A program made the position numbers and the translations under genes. Positions 56,501 through 64,000 of a DNA stretch of 64,000 nt are shown here, one piece after another (positions within the stretch are counted from its first letter, which is position 1; the number at the start of each line of letters is the position of its first letter). Where the stretch lies: assembly GCF_009914755.1 (NCBI RefSeq), contig NC_060932.1; one strand, written 5' to 3'. The stretch comes from the human T2T-CHM13v2.0 reference genome, Homo sapiens. The notes under the pieces were generated by a model. It made no database searches and was not told where the DNA came from. It saw nothing but the letters and a program-made list of their open reading frames with translations.

Positions 56501-58429
56501 TATCTTTTGGGGAGGGGTGGAAAAGATAGTTTTCTCTTGCTTCTGTATGTAAACACACTAAATTATTTTTTTCTCTTGTTTCTCATCTGTGATACAGACT
56601 TCAAAGTTTGTACGCCTAGGACATCTGACCTGGCTTTCACTGTGTTGTGCCAAGGGTAAGAATTGGGATCCAGAGGACCGCATGGTCATTATTTGCTCTT
56701 AAGTAAATCATCTGTTTCTGATCCAACACCATGTGTACCTTCAGGATAAAATTAATAAATATGAATATTAAAAACACAACAATAAAACTCAAGAAAAGAA
56801 GCTAGCCACTAAAAAATACACAATGTGCAGTTCTATTACATAATTTCATTGATATTTAGTTAGTTAAGAGGCAAACTATACCAAAGTATTTGGAGATGTT
56901 AGCAAAACAATAAAGAAAAGCAAGAATGCAGTTACCATAAATGTCAAGAGGTAGGTTGCCTTTGTAAGGGAAGAAAAGAGTAGTGATTCTGAGAAGACTA
57001 AAGGGGAGGCTTCTGAGACCTGGCACTATTTCTTGACCCGGATGTGTTTACAAGGGTGTTCTCTTTGAGCTAAATTATCGGAGGTGACCCTCTTTATTTC
57101 ATGTACTTTTCTATATGCAGTTGTTCATGATAAAAAGCTGTTGGATTGGATTCAGCTGTTGGAGTGGATTCAGGTTCCAAACACCTAATTTGCAATCTCT
57201 GCATTAAGGGTTTATATCAAAATCTAAGCGTTCTGTTTTACCTTAAGAAGAACCTGAAGATAGTTTTCTCTGACTTACCTTCACCTGGCATCTTGCTATG
57301 CATGGCAGGGTGAGGAGTGTACAAAGGTATGCTATTCAGATTCTCCCGAAACGCTTACAACATTAGGATTTAAAGTAATCTGGGCACTGATATCTCAAAA
57401 TAAGAAATATGGAAACATTTCATGTCTAATATTTTGTATATAAACTTTATGACACCTTTAGAAAGCACAATATGGGGAGAATATTGGACATTGGTAGAAG
57501 GATTTGGGTCTGTTGGTTGCATAAAGGCCCTGTTGTCTTTAGGCCACAGATTTCCTTTATAATTAAACTTACTAGAAACAAGACTGCATTCACTGGCCCT
57601 AATCTTGTACCTTCATTTTCTTTTTAATCTACTATTGCTGTTAGGGTCCATGTTAATTTAATTAAGTAAAAAACACAAGTTGACAGCTATGGGTTGAATC
57701 TGATCTAAATACATGGTTTTATTGGTGCATTGAGTTGTTACAATTTATTTAGGTATTTATCAAATTTGGAAATTTGGAAGATTTGAGAAAGCTATTTGGA
57801 TTTCTGGTTTCTCTTGAATTATATGAAAAATCCTGAAACGTGGACCTCACTTTTGTATGTTAACAATTAACTAGAGCTTAGTAGGTTTTGCACTCTGTAG
57901 ATGGGACATAAAGTATCCAGATTTTCATAGTTCTCACCCTTAACTTATATCTGGCTCAGTTCTCCTACTACTTAGCTTTTGCAGATATGTGGGTTTGCTA
58001 CCAGTTCCTTAACAGTAAGTCTCCAGAGAGAGGTATTTCACATGAGGCAAAATCAATAACAGGTAGCCTTCTGTGCACTCTTCTGCTATCTCCTTTCCCA
58101 ACTCTTGCCCAATGCTTTTCTTCCACATTCACTCTTGATTGATGTGTTTTTATTAAATTTAGCCCTTTTTGGCTTGGCATTTTTGATATCTGCTCTATAT
58201 TTCCTGAGTACCCTTCCATTTGCTCATTTAAATGACTGCTTGCTGCTCACCTCTTCACATGACCTTTTAGGGAACAGAACCATTCCTGATACCATTCTAC
58301 CATGATCTCAAGAAATGTTTCAATGTCTTAAACTCTTTCCTTGTCTTTTTATTACATCCATTTCTAGAGACAAAACCCAGTTTATGAGATCATCACTGCA
58401 CTGAATGCCTGTGTTAAGGTCATTAACAA

Positions 58430-59080
58430 TTTTAAGTAATTCAGCCATTCACTCAATAGCCATTAATTATCAACTAGTTCTATGCTGGGTGCTGGAGGTG
58501 CAACAATGAACTGAATGGATACATCCCAACTTTCAGGGAGCTTATGGTCTGGTGAGGAACATGCCAGTTTAACAGGTAAGTATAACACCATTTCATAAGT
58601 GTTGTAACAAGGGAAATAGATAATACAATGGGAACCTACAGGAAGAGAACCGAATTCTGAATTGGAAGGGTCAAAGTAGGCTCCTACATGATGTAATATC
58701 CAAGTGATACAAATATAGAAAGAAACTGGCCATTAGAAGAATAAGGCAGGATGAAGATGAACTTCTGACAATTCAGAAGTGAATTATTGGAACTGAAAAA
58801 CGTTTATTATGTCTTCAGTATGAAGTGTGAGATGAGGAATGTCAAATAACGATAGTAGAAATGTTAGTAGAGGACAGATCATCTTTGGTCTTCTAAGTAA
58901 GGATAAGGTGTGTGGACTTAATTCTGAAAATAGCAAAGTGCTAAGGATGGTTTTCAAGCAGGAGAATAATATCATATTCAAATTTTGAAAAGATCCTTCT
59001 GGGGAATAGATGGAAATGAGCTTGTCTAGTGTCATCAAATAGCTAATAATAATCATCCAAGCAAGAGGTAATATCAGTGA
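58430..59080 (-). mobile_element. L2 LINE 3' region
   Basis: cattcactcaata...ctatgctgggtgctggag...ggagcttatggtctggtgagg...ttttaagcagg-like and gaaaagatccttctgg phrases. Confidence 0.6.
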
Positions 59081-60780
59081 GATCTAAATGTAAAGACACA
59101 GGTAAGTTATAAGGAAAAGATATATCCTGCAAACATTAATCAGAAGGAAGCTGAAATGGTTATATTAAAGCGAGCTTCAGGACAAAGAATATTACCAGGG
59201 ATAGAATGAAACAATAAGTATAAAAGCATCAGTATATCAAGAAGACAAAACAATCTTAACTATGAATGCACTCCTTGAATCTCTGTTCAACAACCTTTCC
59301 AGTTCTAGCCAGTGCAACATGTGTGGAAATGATGTACATTAACTTCCAGGCCGAAGTAGTTATGTGTCTGATATTTCTGCCCTTGTACTCTTCATACCAT
59401 CTTCTATCTCTATATGATGCTAAAATGACCTTGAAACCACAATATGGAAGTAGCCAGAGTTGCTGAATCACAATATAGAGGAGAACCACCAGATGCATAT
59501 AAGAGATAGATGTGAGCATCAAAACAACTTCTACTGTGGCAGTGAAGTTTTGGGCTTACTTGGTATAACAGCATTTTCTCCTTAAAAAGGAGGTCAAAAA
59601 GGAGCTCAGAAAGTGGAAATGAGTGATCTGTTCATCTACCTATATAGATAGTGGTTTAAGCAATTACTGTATTTTGCTTTCTTTAATATTAAAAGGGATA
59701 AATATTTTAGTTTAGATTTTCCATGTAATTATTATTACTACTAATTTTTTAAGTAATATTATTCAGTGCTTAAACTATCTTTCTACTTGACTTTTCCACT
59801 CTCATCTGCACCTTTCCCTTTTCTATAAAATAGACATGTTAGAAAAGCATAATACCTTATATCTATATTTTATACTTTCAAACGTACATCAGAGGAATAA
59901 TTAAGTCAGATTCCTATACATGCATAAACATATGTCTCAAGAGCAGTATGTCCCCAAATATATCATCTATATATAAATATTAGTTTCATGAGATATATAA
60001 CTAAATAATTCTGGAAGAAAGGATTCCTCACTTTGAAAATTCAGCAGGTTTCATTACTGTAGGGCTTCTGAGACCCTTTGATTTGCTAATATATGATTTT
60101 AAGCTCCAAGGGCAAGAGATGTTTTTAAGGTTTTCCCAAACTTACAAGATTATGGATCTTCTATTTTTCATTAAACATCTTGTAAAACTGGTGCTGTTTA
60201 AAATAAACCCTGAGATATACTGCTATAATTTTTCATAGCCATGTCAGGTAAGAATATTTCATATTTTGATTCATATTTTTGAGGGACTTTTATAGTTCAA
60301 CTCTGCCATGCTATTATGTTATCTGTTATTGTGTTATGTGTTATGTTATTGGAGGCCTGACATTAACAAGTGTCATAGGTAATGGCTATACTTCATTAGG
60401 GTTTCTTTTTTTAATGTTGTTAGACTTTATGGTATGTGATTTGACTTTAGTATTTCACCATTATTATTAGTCTCAGCATTGGTTTTCTGACTCTGGTTGC
60501 TACTTCTTCCTTCTTTTTGCTTCCTTAGTGTAGGTTCACTTCATCTCTTGTCTGGACTGTTGCATTTATTGCTAGTTAGTACCTTGCCTGTAATCTTAAA
60601 CTGCTAATTCACACATAACATTACCCATAGATTGATCTTGATAAAAAATATAATCATGGAAATCCCCTTGTTAAAATCCTATATCTAATTTTCATTGCTT
60701 AAATTTGTCTTGTTTAGCACTCAGTGGCTCTTTTAAAGAAGAAACATCTTTCTTCCAAGCTAAGAAACTCTCAATTATCA

Positions 60781-60916
60781 TTTATTTACTTACTTTTGCA
60801 AAGACAAGGTCTCACTATGTTACCCAAGCTGGTCTCCCACTCCAGGCCTCAAGCAACCCTCCCACCTGAGTCTCCCAAAGTGCTGGGATTACTGGTGTGA
60901 GCCACCATGCTTGGCC
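60781..60916 (-). mobile_element. FLAM_C-like Alu monomer
   Basis: agacaaggtctcactatgttacccaagctggtctc...ctcccaaagtgctgggattac...ttggcc. Confidence 0.8.
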
Positions 60917-61099
60917 CAGTCATGCATTTAAATATTGCTTCCTTTTGTTATTGTTAAGCTTTCCAGGTAGAATTTCTCTTAGATGCTAGAACTTCTATGT
61001 CTATTCCTCTTCATTTCTTCATACCTTTTTTTATTGTTATTATTTTACCTACTTGTGTTGCATTTAAGAGATTTCTAGGTTGAATCTTCTGTCTGTAGA

Positions 61100-61340
61100 A
61101 CAGTGGTTTAGTAAGTGTGCTTGGAGTCAGTTGTCTTGGGTCAAGTCCAGTGTCTGCCACTTACTAGCCATGTGGCTCTGAATAAGTTTTATAAAGGAGC
61201 TGTAGTTCAATTTCCATATCTGTAAAATAGGGATGATAATATTACTGCTTATTTGGCTAGTATGAAAAAGAATTAAATAAAATATGCAAATCACTTAGAA
61301 CAGTATCTGACACATAATAAATGATCCAATATGTGTTATA
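61100..61340 (+). mobile_element. MIR SINE
   Basis: cagtggtttag...ggagtcag...tctgccacttactagccatgtg...atctgtaaaatagggatgataat. Confidence 0.7.
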
Positions 61341-62659
61341 TTATTATTTTTTAGTTTTTGCTTTTCAGCTGTTTCCATTATGTTGTTTTTAACTTCTTCA
61401 CTATTTACTTTTCTTCATTTTCATTACCATCTGTGCTATTTCTTATTTTATAATGTGATGTCCTCCCTTAACTTTCCATGGAAATTAATTTTACATATCT
61501 TCAAATGTAAAACCAGGATCCATTCTGATTACTCTGTTAACTATTTCTTGGGCATAAGGTCTCCGTTTAGTCTCTCTTTCTCTCTTCCATGAGATGTCTT
61601 TTCATAGTTGGCTTTTGCCAAATCGTACTCATTTTCATAGCAAAGATTTTCTGTTGGATTTACCCCTCTGTCTGTTTTGGTAGCTTCCTTGTAGTGGCTT
61701 CATATTTCTTCAGTCACATCTCATCTACTTTTCATGTTTTAGAAATTCCTCCTGATTTCATCCCCATTAGCTGTCCTCTACATTTTTGAGAGTAGCTTGT
61801 TCTTTAAGAGAAAGTTTATGACTGGCCTATGCCTACCTCTTCCTGATCTGCTAACATAGACTCCATTCTCATAAACTATAGGATTTTGAAATAATTTTCC
61901 CAGCTGTATCAAAATTTCCCTTTTTTCAAGCTTCCTCCTCTACTTAGACGAGCTAGTTCTGAATTTTACTCCCCTAGCTATTTGTAAGTCCAGGTAGCAC
62001 GTACGTAGGAGTCCACTCTACTAGGCTATGGTTTTCTTTATAAGCCTCTTCCTTGATGGCCCCCTCCCCATCCTTCCCCACTATTTTCTTTATACCTTGG
62101 CCTCATCTAATTATTACACTCCTATCAAAGAACCAGTAATATATTATTATCTTTATTTGTCTATGTAAAAATGGAGAACTTTAGTCATAATTTAATCCTT
62201 GATTTCTAACCTTCACTTCCCTTCTAAAGAGGCAAATGCAAAGGAGTGTATTTCAATTTACTGAGCCTGGTGATATTTAAAAGTGCAAACTAGGGAGCTG
62301 AAAAAGGTTTAAGTAGTACTATACAAGGAAAGAGGTGGGGGAAGGCAAATCCCAGAGTGGGAAGGAGGCTGAAACTAGACACTGACAGGCTAAAAGAGAG
62401 GGACTTTGGAGGAGGAGGGAGGGAAAAGAAAAACAAACAAACAAAAACAAAACACAGAAACAAAAAAACCACTGTGAAAAGATTAGGGAAGCTGTTTTGT
62501 GAGTAGGATGGACAAAGGCAAAAAGAAAAAAAATGGCTAAAAATTTTTCTGTGCAAAATGGATTTTCAGGTTTCCAAATTTTTGAGTCAGATATACATCA
62601 AGATTTGGGTAGGTTGTTTTCGGTTTGTTTTTTTGTATTTGCTTTGGCTTGGTTTGGGA

Positions 62660-62691
62660 GTGTGTGTGTGTGCGTGTGTGTGTGTGTGTGT
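62660..62691. repeat. Interrupted (GT)n microsatellite
   Basis: Directly visible, one GC interruption. Confidence 0.95.
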
Positions 62692-63459
62692 AATTTAGAA
62701 AGCTAACACTTTGCATACACAATGAATTTTGTAAAATCCTCAGTGGAATCTGGGGCAGCATCCTATGGCCAAACACATTAATATCTTTTTCAGCAAAACA
62801 TATGTGTATTCACACAAAAAGTTAGGATAAATGAAGAGTGCAAATAGCTTTACATAAATTCAGATTTTGTTTTGCTGTGAAATGAGTTTCCTATAAATTA
62901 ATAGAAATCCTTTTGCTTTTAAGAGTTTGTTGGATTTCAGAATGATGATAAAGCAGCGGTCCTATAGGGTATATATAACCCTTGCTTTCGCCTCCCTTTC
63001 AGACACTCCTAGTCTTGACTGGGCTTATCTGTTTGTCTGTGGTCAAAAGCTCGGTCATTGAGTGGTCTAGAATGACCTGCGATGAGACAACTTGTATTTT
63101 CTTCTTGTGGCCCCTCATCCTCCAGCTAACTAGATCAGGCTAGGTAGCAGGATGGCAGCAGGAGTCCAGGAGAGTGAGTGGAGGACACAAAGCTTCTTGG
63201 GGGACAGGTTTAAAACTGGCACACAGTCATTTTCAACACATTTTTATGATGTTAAATCAAATTGCCATTCTAGCTCAGATTCAAAGGATGGGGGTATAAC
63301 CTCTACTTTTTGATGGGATGACCTACAGAATCATACTGCCAGCGATGTGAAAAAATTAAGGCTGTTTTTTTTTCAATCTGTCTACTGTCCTATTAAAGTG
63401 CTGAGTTTGAACATTAAGTGGGAATGAGTGGAGAACCAACACTATCTATGGAGACTCAG

Positions 63460-63987
63460 TCACATAGTCATTGGTTGCCTTACCAAAATCAATTTCCCTT
63501 CATTCTTTTTTGTAGCAGCACTTGGATTTCCCTTGAGGTAACTGCCTTCCTCTTTTATTTAGCAACTTTGCGGTTTGGAGGAGATTGACTCTATCCTCTG
63601 CTCAAAGGCACTAATCAATAAGTCTAATCATTTTCCCCATGCCACAAAGGAAGGAAAAAGTCCTAAGCCAAATCAAATATGGGACTTCCTTAGCCACAAT
63701 GGTCTCAGAAATAGTCCAATCAAAATAAAGTTCAAAATGTTGACCACAGTTGAGGGCAAAGGAAGCACGTAGTCCCTGTTTCTGCTTGTAACCACAAGGT
63801 AAGTTGGCCTGAGAACAAAGCTGACACACAGAAGAGTCTAAAGAATCACAAGGAAATAGAGTGATAGTCAAGGTTAAGCTGTGCAGAAGTTCTTCTAAAT
63901 TTTGAGCTTCTTGGTGACTTGAGTCAACAAATCATCAGCTTGAGTTGGCTTTTGTGATAACTATGAAAGCATCCAAGTGTGATGTAC
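63460..63987 (+). mobile_element. Old ERV-L LTR (LTR33/LTR16-like)
   Basis: 3' end cagcttgagttggcttttgtgataact..aaagcatcc resembles LTR33-type termini. Confidence 0.45.
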
Positions 63988-64000
63988 TTTCATTTTATCT

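Noticed and set aside
57136-57171. 18-bp tandem duplication agctgttgga(t/g)tggattc
   Set aside because: Two copies only, at the end of an old L1M tail; common mutation type

Overview
AT-rich, repeat-dense primate (very probably human) genomic DNA containing one recognisable protein-coding gene, TMEM74, on the minus strand. Its CDS is intronless at 48699-49616 (305 aa, two transmembrane helices). A non-coding first exon lies in a CpG-island promoter near 52.0-52.2 kb, followed by a ~2.3 kb 5'UTR intron and a repeat-poor 3' region of several kb with multiple poly(A) signals. The rest is a mosaic of Alu/FLAM, L1, L2, MIR, DNA transposons, many solo LTRs (HERV-E LTR2, LTR3, MER21, MER39-like, MER50-like, MLT1, MLT2) and microsatellites. 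Repeat subfamily names are from recognition by eye, and boundaries of old elements are approximate. I found no evidence of a new multi-gene system. The most interesting signals are small. (1) The TMEM74 start region has a 3-codon uORF ending 5 nt before a weak main AUG, in frame with an overlapping alternative ORF. (2) A ~55-nt copy of neighbouring LTR sequence is pasted inside an L1. (3) A 15-nt micro-Alu has a perfect 13-bp TSD. (4) A fold-back palindrome has formed inside an Alu linker. (5) A 309-bp polypurine/GGAA tract. (6) A distal CRE sits within an inverted repeat.
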